From a virus (lineage: Duplodnaviria > Caudoviricetes): a DNA stretch of 64,000 bases. Positions within the stretch are counted from its first letter, which is position 1. Each line of letters begins with the position of its first letter. The stretch is taken from IMG/VR virus record IMGVR_UViG_3300032321_001270, positions 128,001 through 192,000 of that record. One strand, 5' to 3'. Shown here one piece after another: positions 43,760 through 54,581 of the stretch. A model generated the notes under the pieces. The model searched no databases. It was given only the letters and a program-made list of their open reading frames with translations, and was not told where the DNA came from. The translations under genes were made by a program, and so were the position numbers.

Positions 43760-45489
43760 TGCACCACAAATTTGTTAAAAAACGTATAAGACTGGTTTGT
43801 AAATAAACCAACAGAACCCGTAACCTCGCCGGGATTGGTGATGCTTGTGAAACCAGTTGCAGCGTGCGTGCCGTCAAGTTCTGATACAGAAAAATTTACA
43901 GTAAGCGCATTACCGTTGAGATTTAAACTTGTATACAGGCGATACCACGTGTTTACTTTTGCGTTGTAGTTTACCGACAGCTCTTCGGTAAATATGTCGT
44001 TGTTGTAACGCAGCACACGGATTTTTGCTCGGGTAGCATCAACAAGTACAACAAGGTACCGGGTAACGACTTGGTTTAATTCAAGTGTCTGCAAATAATT
44101 CAGCACAACGCCGCCGTTACGCGCGATGCCGTTCGTACCGATTTTGAATTCTGTCATGATTGTGCGACTTAGCGCCCAATCTGTTGCGCAGTTTTTCAGT
44201 GCCGCTACGTTCACTCCGCCTATGCCGGCGGAGGCGTATGTGCCGTGATTAGTCAGCGCGCTTCCGATATTTGGATTGAATTCTGCAATCGAGCAGTTTC
44301 CACAAACCGGCGGCGCTTTTGTTTCGGCGGCTGAGAACACCCCTGTTTTTGTTTCAAAGTAAGCGCTTGGCTGGCACGAGCTAAAGTCGGCACACAGCGG
44401 TATTGGAAGACACGCGTAATCGCGGTCTGTCAATGTTTCGTCAACAATAAGATCTATGGCTGTTGTCGGGTCCGGCCAGCAATATTCATCGATAACAATA
44501 TCGGTTTCGTTGTAATTGCTGCCTTCCCAGCGATATACCTTGTTTGTGTCAAACGCCAGATATAATTTATTTAGTTCGCCGGCTGGCGGAAAAGCTGCAA
44601 CATTAGCAAACGTATAAATGTTTTCGCCGGTGAGCGTGCAACACAAATCTTTGAACTCTTGCGGTTTTTTTGGTGTATTGGCAGCGCACACTGACGTCAG
44701 GCCAACATCTGTCACGATGTCGGCGCCACCGCAACCAGCGAAATTGATATTTGTAAAACCATCAAATACGATGTTGATGTTTCCGGCACAATCTGGCGCA
44801 ACACCGTTGATAGTTTCAATTGGTGTTTTTGGGCAGGTACCGCTTTCTGGTCGTTGGCCGCAGGGACCAATAAATGTCTGTAATGGGTTGTATTCGCCCG
44901 TGATTAACGCCGCGTCTAATCGAAATACAACAGCCGGGTAATCGACGCCCTCGTATTGAATAGTTTCGTATTTAGCGGTAACGGGCGAAGATCCTATTAG
45001 ATTGACGACGCCCTGTAGCGCTGTACCAAGATTTATTTTGCCGATAGTAGGGATCGGCAGTGGTCGGTAGGGGCGTGCGTTTCTAGTCTGAATTAGTGTC
45101 TGCGTTGGCCGACTATATCTACCGGCAAACGCTGTATCTACGCCGGGGCCAAAAGCAACCCAGCCAGAAACTCCCGGCACAAGTGGCGTCACACTGTAAT
45201 TAACATAAGGCGAAGCTGGTTGCGGTACAGACACCGCGCAGATTGTTTGCCCCTGCGTGTCAGCCGGTGATTCAACGACACCAAAAACGACTGTAACAAT
45301 TCCAGCAGATACAGTTAAACCCTGCACGTATAAATACTGACCGAGCGGCCGCGGAAACCTAATATGGCAATCAACAAGAATGTCGTCGCGAATAAATGCG
45401 CCGTTGTTGTCGAGACCGCTAGACAGATCGTCAAGCGGGTAGCGCCGCGTTGACTGGAGGTTGTACCAATTCTGGTTGCGTATAGACAT
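43756..45489 (-). CDS. tail fibre protein, paralogue family with C-terminal lectin-like beta-sandwich
   Basis: WYNLQSTRRYPL ... IETINGVAPDCAGNI; fibre module FPPAGELNKLYLAFDTNKVYRWEG; C-terminal GSVGLF..F.KFVV. Confidence 0.75.
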   Translation of the reverse strand: MSIRNQNWYNLQSTRRYPLDDLSSGLDNNGAFIRDDILVDCHIRFPRPLGQYLYVQGLTVSAGIVTVVFGVVESPADTQGQTICAVSVPQPASPYVNYSVTPLVPGVSGWVAFGPGVDTAFAGRYSRPTQTLIQTRNARPYRPLPIPTIGKINLGTALQGVVNLIGSSPVTAKYETIQYEGVDYPAVVFRLDAALITGEYNPLQTFIGPCGQRPESGTCPKTPIETINGVAPDCAGNINIVFDGFTNINFAGCGGADIVTDVGLTSVCAANTPKKPQEFKDLCCTLTGENIYTFANVAAFPPAGELNKLYLAFDTNKVYRWEGSNYNETDIVIDEYCWPDPTTAIDLIVDETLTDRDYACLPIPLCADFSSCQPSAYFETKTGVFSAAETKAPPVCGNCSIAEFNPNIGSALTNHGTYASAGIGGVNVAALKNCATDWALSRTIMTEFKIGTNGIARNGGVVLNYLQTLELNQVVTRYLVVLVDATRAKIRVLRYNNDIFTEELSVNYNAKVNTWYRLYTSLNLNGNALTVNFSVSELDGTHAATGFTSITNPGEVTGSVGLFTNQSYTFFNKFVVQ

Positions 45490-45492
45490 GGC

Positions 45493-47100
45493 TCAGCACG
45501 GCCCCTCGGTTTTACCGTCAGCATTACAGTGTAACGTCTGCACTGTCTCTGATACGGCCGCAGGTGGTGGAAAACCATCAGCGAGATTAACGCCGCAATT
45601 TGTCAGAATAGGCGAGTTATCGCTTAGGAGAGCTCCGGTTAAAACACCGGTAATTACATAAGGACCGCGGGCTCGTGTTTCAACCGACGGCGTTTGCGTG
45701 TCATCTAGTTGAGTAAATTTTACGCGAAATTGTACATAAGCAGACGACCCCGGTTTAAGTTGTGGAAATGCTGCTGTGTAGTTGCGCCCGTCGCTGCTGA
45801 CCGTGATGCCGATTGCGCCGCCGCGGATGCCGGGCGCGTACATAGCCGTGTGACCGCATTCTAATGACGGCGTCACGTGTACCGGTGTTTGTTGCCCCGG
45901 CAGCGCCACTAAATCACCGGATACGTCCAGAGTTACAGTCAGACGAGACGGATTAACACATGTTTCGCAGGGATTGCACAACATCATTACGACGTCCATG
46001 TATGCACAACGCTGCGGAACAAGAAACAGCCGTAGCGGACGTTGCACGCTGCATGCGCGCTGGTCAAGCCACCGCGCTATATTGTTTTCGTGCTCTGTGC
46101 GCACTTTGTCCGCCCGCTGGCCAATAAGCCGGTATCTGTAGCTCGTATCGTTCATGTATTTTGCTGTAGCGGCGTAGTCGTTGCAGCTGCAGCACGGCTC
46201 GCAGTCGGCGCCAATCTGCTGATGTGCTGTAGTAGAAGGATTTACCGCATACGGCGGCGATATCCCGACAGACACGGGGCGGCGGGCCCACAAGCAATCA
46301 GTGCCAGAAATTCGAAAATCGCCGTTGTCGCTGCTGAGTCCGTTAATTTTTGTAAGCGGTACACCTACGTTGCCGCCGCAATTTCCATATCGTCCCAAAC
46401 CGGTACCGGCAACAGCGGTAAAATTTATTTTTGTGTTGTTACGGAAGTTTTTTGTTTCTGCTGTACCGGCCACAATTTCTGTGTTGTACCCATTCACAAA
46501 TTTTATTGATTCGGTATACCGCGGACTGATTGCGTTGCCGTTGCGTACGCGTAGCGTTAACAACCGTTTAGGCATTTTGTAAACAGCGCGTTCATCTAAC
46601 CGCGCGTTCGACGGGGCGAGATATTTATCGTATTGCCGTCGCGTGTCATCATCTATTTGTTGGTTGTCGTCGTTTGGCCACGTGGTATAGGTAACAAGGC
46701 GGCATACAGCGCGCGCAGTCTTCCACTCGTAAATACGGTAATCGGCGCCCCACGCGCTGACGTTAAACAATACGTCCTCGTGATTTGTGTCAAGAATGAC
46801 GCGGTTATGGGAATCCACAACAACGATGTCTGCCGCGTGGACTGAAACCGGAAAACCGGGGGCTGGAGTATTCTCAACACATCCGATGCCGTATAGATAT
46901 TTAATTCGCAGCGGGTGGGTTGCTTTCGGGGCGCCGGAGTCGTATTCGCCAGCGTCGTCATACGACAGATGTAGGTCAGCGACAAGATATTGAATATCTT
47001 CTGACGGCGAGACTAAAGGATAATCTAAGCCGCTTTGCGGTTGCACTACGCCGAGCCCGCTGCGGCCGGATTTTGATGTGGTGTAGTCGGGGCACGTCAT
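45493..47100 (-). CDS. tail fibre/baseplate accessory protein, paralogue family
   Basis: DYPL ... IKFVNGYN ... LTKINGLSSDNGDF ... CEPCCSC. Confidence 0.75.
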   Translation of the reverse strand: MTCPDYTTSKSGRSGLGVVQPQSGLDYPLVSPSEDIQYLVADLHLSYDDAGEYDSGAPKATHPLRIKYLYGIGCVENTPAPGFPVSVHAADIVVVDSHNRVILDTNHEDVLFNVSAWGADYRIYEWKTARAVCRLVTYTTWPNDDNQQIDDDTRRQYDKYLAPSNARLDERAVYKMPKRLLTLRVRNGNAISPRYTESIKFVNGYNTEIVAGTAETKNFRNNTKINFTAVAGTGLGRYGNCGGNVGVPLTKINGLSSDNGDFRISGTDCLWARRPVSVGISPPYAVNPSTTAHQQIGADCEPCCSCNDYAATAKYMNDTSYRYRLIGQRADKVRTEHENNIARWLDQRACSVQRPLRLFLVPQRCAYMDVVMMLCNPCETCVNPSRLTVTLDVSGDLVALPGQQTPVHVTPSLECGHTAMYAPGIRGGAIGITVSSDGRNYTAAFPQLKPGSSAYVQFRVKFTQLDDTQTPSVETRARGPYVITGVLTGALLSDNSPILTNCGVNLADGFPPPAAVSETVQTLHCNADGKTEGPC

Positions 47101-47103
47101 ATG

Positions 47104-48045
47104 TCACCCCGTTGAACAACCAGAGTCGCCGAGCTGGCTACCGAGCACGACGAGGCTCATTTGCGTTACTTCAGATCCAAGTCGCGTGATAAAGTTCTGT
47201 AGCGTAGTGACGCCGTCGCCAAAGCGATTAATCTGGTCGACGATTGCGTCCAGCTCTGTGCAGCCACAACAAGGTTGCGCACACGTATCTGCAAATTTTA
47301 ATCCGTTACTCATCGGCGTAATCTGAATACAGTCGTCGGGCGCGATAATAAAATTGCCGTCTGAACTGCATACACCGTTGATACACCGAATACACTCGCC
47401 GGTTGTTGGTGTATCGCAGTAACACTCTTCATTCAGATTTGTGTTCGCAATAGCGTCAAAAACAATTTCTGTTTCAGCGCCAAAATTAGCGGCCGTAATC
47501 CGAATGTTGTTTCCGGCGACAAGCGTGACATCGCCGTAAATGGGAGCACTAAGTTCGCTGTTGTTTGAGACGCGCAGTCGGGTTACGGCCCGCAACATTG
47601 GCCGAATAGCGTCTGTCTCTAGCTCGCCGTCTGCGGGTTCAAACTCGTACAACCCCGGCGGAAGTAAATCAACCTCGTCTAGTACGCCGAGCACGACGCG
47701 GCCCACGCAGTCGTCGAAGTCGCCTAGACCGCCGAGCGCGTAAGACCGGTTTGGTTGATAGTTGCTGCGAATAATATTGGCAGCGGCGACGTCTACGGTT
47801 TGACCGCCAGCGGCATAGCCAACTGTGATATTAAAACCGGTTGGCGCAATCAGTATGCTTTTGATGTAAAAGTTATTTGGCGCAAACGACAGGCCAGAGT
47901 GGATAGGCAGGTACAAGCCAACAATAAAGCTGTCTGGCAGCCTAATCGTTTTGCTGACGTCTGTTTTTGTGGCGCGCTCTGTCAGCGGGTATGACCGCTG
48001 CGAGTTGTGATTGAGCCACTGTAGATTCCAGTTTCCAATTGGCAT
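47104..48045 (-). CDS. tail fibre/baseplate accessory protein, paralogue family
   Basis: WLNHNSQRSYPL ... GDVTLVAGNN ... IRCINGVCSSDGNF ... CAQPCCGC. Confidence 0.75.
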   Translation of the reverse strand: MPIGNWNLQWLNHNSQRSYPLTERATKTDVSKTIRLPDSFIVGLYLPIHSGLSFAPNNFYIKSILIAPTGFNITVGYAAGGQTVDVAAANIIRSNYQPNRSYALGGLGDFDDCVGRVVLGVLDEVDLLPPGLYEFEPADGELETDAIRPMLRAVTRLRVSNNSELSAPIYGDVTLVAGNNIRITAANFGAETEIVFDAIANTNLNEECYCDTPTTGECIRCINGVCSSDGNFIIAPDDCIQITPMSNGLKFADTCAQPCCGCTELDAIVDQINRFGDGVTTLQNFITRLGSEVTQMSLVVLGSQLGDSGCSTG

Positions 48046-48058
48046 GGCGGCTCACCTA

Positions 48059-49987
48059 TTATGTTGCGCTATAGACGATACCTGTGACGCGCAACACGCC
48101 AATTTCTCCGTATACGTTATCTTCTGTGCGTCCAATCGTGACGAGCACGGTGTCGCCTTCTTCCACAGAAAACTCCGCGCTGTCGCGCTGAATTGCGTGA
48201 TCGATGAACAAGTTAGCGCTCGAATCAAAAATCAGTGGTACGTCGGCTGTTTCCAGCTTTTCACCGTCTGTTGCCGTCGAAGCCGGTTCTGAAAGAATGC
48301 GGCGCGTCATATACAGCGACGGCATAACTTTACGTGCGCCTAGTGGTGCCGCGCCGCCGTCGCGACCAAATAGCTGCACGCGAATTTTCATCTTTAAGTT
48401 ATCGCCAATATTGCTTCCGGGCACGTTAAACCGCAACCGCAATAGCGCTTCTTGCCCGCTCGGAAAACCCAAGTACGGAATATCCATGTACAGGCGCTCA
48501 ACGGTGTCGCTAAGGCGAATAATTTGCGGTGAAATTTCGCGTTCAACCAGTTGATCAGTGTAGTCAATTTTCAAAATACCCTGATGCAGGGTAATCGGCG
48601 CGGTGGTAGTCAGATCGAACTGTTGCTTTTCGCTGGTTGTCAAGTTGCGCGGCGCACCACGAGAACCTGTAATTGAAATTTGATTTGATGTGGTAAAGGC
48701 ACCCTCGGCAATCCAACCGCGCGTTAACTGGTGCCGATTGATCACACCCTTAATAGCCTGTCCGCCGCTGGCTTCTTCCGCAGCAATTTGCAGATCCAAA
48801 TTTAACTGTAAGTCGCCAGTCGATGCCGGCATATCTGCGCAGTTTGTAATAGCAATCGGGCTGTTGACCGTGGCAGCAGCTGGTGTTGTTGTCGTGGCAA
48901 TGTTATTTGACGCAGCAACGTCTTTAACAACACTTGTCACTGACTTACGATCGTTGCCGACCAGCATGCGTAGGTAGACCACAGCGAGGCGCAGAGTTTC
49001 GTTGCGCGGGCACTCACCTGTCGGCGGCGGATCTTCTTCGGTGACTGGGGTTTCCGACCACGGTACGTCTCCCGTGCAATTGCTCATCCACCAAATGCCG
49101 TTGGTATCGCAAATTGCCAAGCCATTGCGGCCGAGCGGGATTTCTGTGGCGCCAACGTGGTCAGCTCCTTTGTCCCAGAGCATGGCCACTGATTGAATCG
49201 GCAGGGGCGGCCACACATTAGCCAGCGCTGAATGCTGGCTCAGGTTGTAACCAAACAGCGCGCCGTTCGGGGCCTTGCCGTTAAAAACAGAATGACTTGC
49301 TGGCAGCCATCCGGGCAACGCTGGGTTTGGGTTGGTAATAACGCGATGACTTGCGCCGTTATGAACGATTGCGGCTGTCGTACCGGCGGGCTGGGCAACA
49401 AGATCAAAACGATAGTGCGTGTGCTCGTCGATGAAGTCTCGAATGTGCGGCATAACCACAACGCGCGGCACACTGGAACAGTTATTTTTTGGTCCTTGTA
49501 CGTGGCAAACGCTAACGGTAACTGCCGGTTTCTGCCGGACTAGTTTTCCGGGCTCAGCCGACGACAGGTAATAACGCCCCGGCTCAATTGGGCCGTCGAT
49601 CGCGTTCTGCAAATCCGGCACATTAACAATGCCGCGCAACACGATATCGCCGAGCGTTTCAGATCGTTTGGTGAGGCAGATCCCGACGCAATCCGACGAC
49701 GGCTGAACTGCAAGCGCCTGCGTTTCGCTGTTGGTCGTTACGGCTGCCAGCGCCTTTTCGTAACGATGCTCGACCCAGTTCCAATACACCGGCTGGCCGG
49801 GAAGTACGTCTGAGCAAATCGTCGCGCCGTTGTCTACGAGCGCCTGCCCGAGAGCCGCTGCGTCGAGACGGTCTTTGAGATAGTCAGTGCGGTCCTCTAG
49901 CGTACGGTCTGGGCGGGAAACAATGCCCGCTTGGACCGGCTCGCCGGGATTGACGTGTTTGATATTATGCAGCCAGTTACCGGACAT
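48059..49987 (-). CDS. tail fibre / baseplate attachment protein
   Basis: N-terminal SRPDRTLEDRTDYLK, similar to the fibre NRPxxxLxxRTxYL anchor; GRYYLS...PG.L. Confidence 0.65.
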   Translation of the reverse strand: MSGNWLHNIKHVNPGEPVQAGIVSRPDRTLEDRTDYLKDRLDAAALGQALVDNGATICSDVLPGQPVYWNWVEHRYEKALAAVTTNSETQALAVQPSSDCVGICLTKRSETLGDIVLRGIVNVPDLQNAIDGPIEPGRYYLSSAEPGKLVRQKPAVTVSVCHVQGPKNNCSSVPRVVVMPHIRDFIDEHTHYRFDLVAQPAGTTAAIVHNGASHRVITNPNPALPGWLPASHSVFNGKAPNGALFGYNLSQHSALANVWPPLPIQSVAMLWDKGADHVGATEIPLGRNGLAICDTNGIWWMSNCTGDVPWSETPVTEEDPPPTGECPRNETLRLAVVYLRMLVGNDRKSVTSVVKDVAASNNIATTTTPAAATVNSPIAITNCADMPASTGDLQLNLDLQIAAEEASGGQAIKGVINRHQLTRGWIAEGAFTTSNQISITGSRGAPRNLTTSEKQQFDLTTTAPITLHQGILKIDYTDQLVEREISPQIIRLSDTVERLYMDIPYLGFPSGQEALLRLRFNVPGSNIGDNLKMKIRVQLFGRDGGAAPLGARKVMPSLYMTRRILSEPASTATDGEKLETADVPLIFDSSANLFIDHAIQRDSAEFSVEEGDTVLVTIGRTEDNVYGEIGVLRVTGIVYSAT

Positions 49988-50011
49988 CCTTGTCCTCCGG
50001 CAGTTAGTTGA

Positions 50012-50644
50012 TTACAGGAATGCGATATCCCAAGTGATGCCGATTTGCGACGACGCTTCCTTGGTCACCTGATTATTTTCGGCAAACACCGTGCGCGCAA
50101 AAACAACGTCCTTCGACCGGTCACTCATTACCGGCGCAGCCACTAATGCCGCCGCATAGACGCGGCTATTACTGCTGGCACGAAATGCTTTATTTTCGCC
50201 TTCGTACACCACGCGTGCTTCGGACGTTTGCGCAAAAAACGTTAATTGATTGCCAGATTGATTCACCGGCAGATTGGCCTCGTAGCCTGTAGACACGCTC
50301 AGCGCCGGTTCAATGGTCAGCGGCACGCGTATAAAATTTCGCGTTTCCGAGTCGACGAGCGAGTTGTAATACGATATGTCAGCGCTACGGCCAAGCGACA
50401 CGGGCGAGATGGTTAGTTCTGGGTCTAGGTTTTCGTACTCGATGTACATCGCCGAAATGTGGTAATCGAGGCGGTCTGGTTGGCGTTGGTAGCCGAGCTG
50501 CCTTGCGGCGATAAAACCCCAGCCGTATTGAATCTGGTTGGGCTGCGACCACAACGGCAGCTTCAGACCGGTTTTTTCATCTACACGCCACAAAGACACG
50601 TGTCCGCGAACGCCGAAGATAGGGTCAATGTTATCAGCAGCCAT
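50012..50644 (-). CDS. baseplate wedge / fibre-anchor protein
   Basis: NQI...G N-terminus, ends I.ITWDIAF; position after the wedge genes. Confidence 0.55.
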   Translation of the reverse strand: MAADNIDPIFGVRGHVSLWRVDEKTGLKLPLWSQPNQIQYGWGFIAARQLGYQRQPDRLDYHISAMYIEYENLDPELTISPVSLGRSADISYYNSLVDSETRNFIRVPLTIEPALSVSTGYEANLPVNQSGNQLTFFAQTSEARVVYEGENKAFRASSNSRVYAAALVAAPVMSDRSKDVVFARTVFAENNQVTKEASSQIGITWDIAFL

Positions 50645-50653
50645 TGTTCTTCC

Positions 50654-52381
50654 TTATTGACAGGTGCCAGACACCAGCCGAGCAGACGCGCCAAGATCTT
50701 GTACAAGTTCTACGGGTATGGCGTCTCCCAGCGGTTCTGCTCCGGTAAATTTCGAGATGGCCTCAGAAATGGCGTTTTCGGGGATTATGTTATCTTTGTC
50801 GGCAGTTAACTCGAAAATTACGATCATTGCCGTTTGCGGCGGCAATAATCTACGTAGGTGCCTAATATTGTACAATCCGAGCTGATTTAACCCTAGGGCG
50901 CTCACGGAAATTCTGACGACAAACACGTTATTGCGTAGCACATTTTCTACGAGAAAACGCAATGGGTTAATTGTCTTCGGTAAATGCGCGGCAGACGGCT
51001 CTGTTTCTGCGTTTGCGCGCCTGTCAAACAGGTGGGCTAACGTCCCAATACGGCGTTTTGCGGCGCACGGGTCTTGCGCTTTTCGTGCCGTCGCGGCAGC
51101 AATACCGCGGGCGTGTACTTCGTCAAAAAAGCGTTCGAGGTCGGCGGGGTAGCCGCCAAGTTGAAATTTTACATACGTATACCCGCTTGGGTGAGCTGTA
51201 TCAATCTCAAGCGGAACGACCTTGTTTTCGAACACAATATCGCCATAAAAACAAGCCGACAAGAAACCGCTATCGAGGGCAAGGGCGGCGATATTTTTTC
51301 GAACCGGCTGGCACGGCTCCATATTCGGATCGAGCAGCAAGTCGTCGTCGGTTTCGGTGGTGAGATTCTCCCACGCGCTATTGGTCAAGATATCGTTTGG
51401 GGGTGGGCAACAAATAACCGGCTGCGCGTTGTCGCTCCGGGCATAAACGTTACCGACAAAAAACTCGTGAATATCAACGCCGTATATTAATTGCGTACCA
51501 GCGGTGATAACCTGTTCAACTTCAACGCGCGGTACTGCGTTTTCTGTGAAACGGTAAACAGCTTTATCCGTGACTATGAGTAATCCGCGGGCGTCAGTGT
51601 CCACGAACTCCACGGTTTCGACCGGACCTACGCTTACCGGTATACCACAGATAGCCGCCAACGCGCTGTCAAGAATCGCCGCTGTCGCGCCGCCTTCTAC
51701 CAACCCAGAGATGATGGCGTTCGTCAAGTCTTTGTAACCTTGACTTGTTCGCAGCTTTACACCTACGGCATACGCAAACTGATTAAAAACGTTGTCGTAA
51801 TCAAACTTGCCGCAGAACGCCCATAGAGTAAGTTCCGTGTCGCCCGGATTGTCTGGCGCGACGCGTTTTGTAAACAGCGTGTTTGCAAACGGGTCTTGCG
51901 CAAAAACAATTACTTGACGGTCTAGGTCGATCAAGAAATCTGTATTTTTAATCAGCGCGCCAGTTGGAAACGTAATGCGATTAAACAGTTGGGTTACGTC
52001 CGCGAGATTGTCGGGGAGCGGGAACGAAAAAAACCGAGACGCGGGCGCGCGGTCAAAGCTTATCGTGTCATTATTAAAAGTCGTGGTTGTTTTATCGAAT
52101 CTGACGCTGCTCGTGCGCAGTGTGTTGCACTCTGATTTTTTGAGCACGACAGGCGATAAAAATTCAGTGTGAAACAGTGGCACATCGTACCGACTCATCG
52201 ACTCCACAGCTTCGATCAAATTTTGATAACTTTGATTGACAAGCTGTGCGGTAGCCAGCGTGTACGAGTGCACCTGATCGACGCCGTCGTAGAGCTTAGA
52301 CCAGAAGCTACCTAGCGCCGCGATAAGGTTGCGACTGCGGTCGAGGTCTGAGCCGGGATAGACAAACTCTGGTTTTTTCAT
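50654..52381 (-). CDS. baseplate wedge protein
   Basis: LGSFW N-terminus; follows baseplate J. Confidence 0.6.
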   Translation of the reverse strand: MKKPEFVYPGSDLDRSRNLIAALGSFWSKLYDGVDQVHSYTLATAQLVNQSYQNLIEAVESMSRYDVPLFHTEFLSPVVLKKSECNTLRTSSVRFDKTTTTFNNDTISFDRAPASRFFSFPLPDNLADVTQLFNRITFPTGALIKNTDFLIDLDRQVIVFAQDPFANTLFTKRVAPDNPGDTELTLWAFCGKFDYDNVFNQFAYAVGVKLRTSQGYKDLTNAIISGLVEGGATAAILDSALAAICGIPVSVGPVETVEFVDTDARGLLIVTDKAVYRFTENAVPRVEVEQVITAGTQLIYGVDIHEFFVGNVYARSDNAQPVICCPPPNDILTNSAWENLTTETDDDLLLDPNMEPCQPVRKNIAALALDSGFLSACFYGDIVFENKVVPLEIDTAHPSGYTYVKFQLGGYPADLERFFDEVHARGIAAATARKAQDPCAAKRRIGTLAHLFDRRANAETEPSAAHLPKTINPLRFLVENVLRNNVFVVRISVSALGLNQLGLYNIRHLRRLLPPQTAMIVIFELTADKDNIIPENAISEAISKFTGAEPLGDAIPVELVQDLGASARLVSGTCQ

Positions 52382-52383
52382 TG

Positions 52384-54099
52384 TTAGCTCGCCCAACCGC
52401 CTGATACAACGGAAATAGAGATATCTTCCGGTCGTGTTAAAAACGCGGTTGTGCGCCCGGTGACTAAACGCGCAACATCGTCCGGTATTTGCAGAATTGT
52501 ATTGTCTCGAATACGGGCGGTAGTGCCGTCAGGCCGCCGAATCCGACCGAACATGTCAACGCTACCGACGGCTTGACGCCCGCTCAAATACCTATGCACT
52601 ACGTTTGTGATAACAGACGCGTGCAACTGGCCAGAGAACCCAATCGCCCCAATGGCTGTGCTGATGCTTTTTTTGATAGCCTCAAGATTTGGCGCGGCTT
52701 CGGCAGCTGGCTTGCGGATTTCAAACGAAATCTTTGTAAAACACGGCACCGGCGCTTTAACCAGTATGTCAGTCGCACGCGGTCTCGTTTCTCGACCCGT
52801 CAAGTAGTCCTGCAGTTCGGCGATTAGCGGCATACCTACAGTTGTTACACCGTACAGCTTTTTTGTCTGGCCGGCGACGAGTGTCGGATTCGGCTGTATA
52901 TCGGTATTCACAAAACGAATAACCGCAGTTTGGTATCGCGTGTATGCACTTTCGGGTATGTACATGATGTCAGGCACAAAATCTAACTCTGAAAAATCGA
53001 CGTGGCGCGTGTCGAGCAGCACAGAGTAATTCACGGGTTGCGCCACAGTCGGATCGACGACACTGACAACTTCATAAAAACCCGGCGCGGCTTCGCGGTT
53101 GATCGACACCTGCCACACAGTGCCGGTCGTCGTTCCGCCCACCAGCGCGCGTTCAGCGCAGTCGCCCGAAGAGTTTGTTGGCGGCAAATATGGTTCGACG
53201 TACGTGGCCGTCAACATGTGTTCTTTTTCTTGCGCATACATATTGGTCTGCGCGTAAATATCTATTTTGCCGCCGCCTGATACAGGAAACAGCGTGTGTT
53301 GGTCGCGCTGCTGCTCAGCATCACCGCAGCCTAGAATCGATAGGTTTTTGATATTAGAAAATGCTGACTGCGTAGTCAGCGCGGCTTCGTAGCTTTGCCG
53401 GCTGCCAATTGTTTTGGCCGCCAGCCCGCTCGCCAACCGTTGTAGGTATTGAGAGTTTGTGGCCGCATCAGAACCTTCGATGAAGTCAGTGGCGGCGTAC
53501 GCGGCGGCGACATTATTGATCACGCTATTTGGCGTTAGGTTTACGCCGCGCTTAATGTTCCCAGCTGAGCCAACTGACAGCGCGATCACTGTGATTGTTG
53601 CGGCGAACGTTCCGTCGCCGACTGGAATCATTTTTCTTTGGTTTGTTTCTGTAGCCTTGTCTGCTGAAGCTGCAGAAAAAACAACAAACGAGTTTGTCGG
53701 CACAAAAACGACGCCGGCGTCTTCGGCAGCAAACCGTACGGCGCTGGAAATCTCTGTTCGTGTGTCGGAGTTGAAAATGATTGTTAGCGCGCCTGTTGCT
53801 GGCGTACCGTTGTCGCGCGTCAGGTTGAAATTGGACAGAACCTGATCAACCAAGTCGGCGTCAGCGAGTTCCGGGTTTTCGGTTATTTTGAGCAGGCTTT
53901 TGCTCTGCTGCACGCGGTCGATATTTTCTTGAATGGCGGCATTCAACAAGCCGTCAAAATAAAGCACTAGATCGTGAAATACGCCGCGCGTTAATTCCAC
54001 TTCTGGGTGACGTTCCGCCATAAGCTGCGACAACGTCGCAACCATTGCTTGCACCTTTTCTGGGTTTAACTGCGTCAGGCTTGAAATTTCAATTGGCAT
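52384..54099 (-). CDS. baseplate J-like protein
   Basis: DLV...N..LTRDNG.PATG.L.I, GSAGNI, G.DA.T...Y..RL, GGGKIDIY: baseplate J pattern. Confidence 0.85.
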   Translation of the reverse strand: MPIEISSLTQLNPEKVQAMVATLSQLMAERHPEVELTRGVFHDLVLYFDGLLNAAIQENIDRVQQSKSLLKITENPELADADLVDQVLSNFNLTRDNGTPATGALTIIFNSDTRTEISSAVRFAAEDAGVVFVPTNSFVVFSAASADKATETNQRKMIPVGDGTFAATITVIALSVGSAGNIKRGVNLTPNSVINNVAAAYAATDFIEGSDAATNSQYLQRLASGLAAKTIGSRQSYEAALTTQSAFSNIKNLSILGCGDAEQQRDQHTLFPVSGGGKIDIYAQTNMYAQEKEHMLTATYVEPYLPPTNSSGDCAERALVGGTTTGTVWQVSINREAAPGFYEVVSVVDPTVAQPVNYSVLLDTRHVDFSELDFVPDIMYIPESAYTRYQTAVIRFVNTDIQPNPTLVAGQTKKLYGVTTVGMPLIAELQDYLTGRETRPRATDILVKAPVPCFTKISFEIRKPAAEAAPNLEAIKKSISTAIGAIGFSGQLHASVITNVVHRYLSGRQAVGSVDMFGRIRRPDGTTARIRDNTILQIPDDVARLVTGRTTAFLTRPEDISISVVSGGWAS

Positions 54100-54106
54100 G
54101 TGTCAC

Positions 54107-54574
54107 CTATGGCAGCGTGGCTACCGGTAAAATAACGGCGCGCTCGTCGCCGGCTAAACTTGTAATCATAACACGCATGTTCAGATATCCCGGCAATATG
54201 GCAACAGACAGTAATTCTGCGTCATCAAAACGCTCGTCGTCTGGCATGCCGTCGTATTCTTCAGCTTGCAGTGTGACTCGTACGCGTAGATTTGCGGCAT
54301 TAAAACTTTGGGTAACGTCTAGTTGCGTGCGCAGCATTCCCTGCCGCAACAGCGTCATAAAGTCGCTGCCGCGGGCGGGCAGGCCGGGCATGGAACCTTT
54401 TTCAGTTAAAAATTCAAGCGCCCACCGCTGGGCCAGTTTTTGTATACCGGCGCAAATTTTGCCGCTGTTATCTTCGTCATATAGCACAAGTCCCAGCTTG
54501 CTCTCCCGTAACGTGTTAACGTTTTGCAAGGCGAGAAAGTCGTATTTACGCTCAGCGAAATCTTGAAGACCCAT
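54107..54574 (-). CDS. gp25/GP46-like baseplate wedge subunit
   Basis: GIQKLAQRW..EFLTEKGS....RGSDF. Confidence 0.7.
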   Translation of the reverse strand: MGLQDFAERKYDFLALQNVNTLRESKLGLVLYDEDNSGKICAGIQKLAQRWALEFLTEKGSMPGLPARGSDFMTLLRQGMLRTQLDVTQSFNAANLRVRVTLQAEEYDGMPDDERFDDAELLSVAILPGYLNMRVMITSLAGDERAVILPVATLP

Positions 54575-54581
54575 AAATCAC

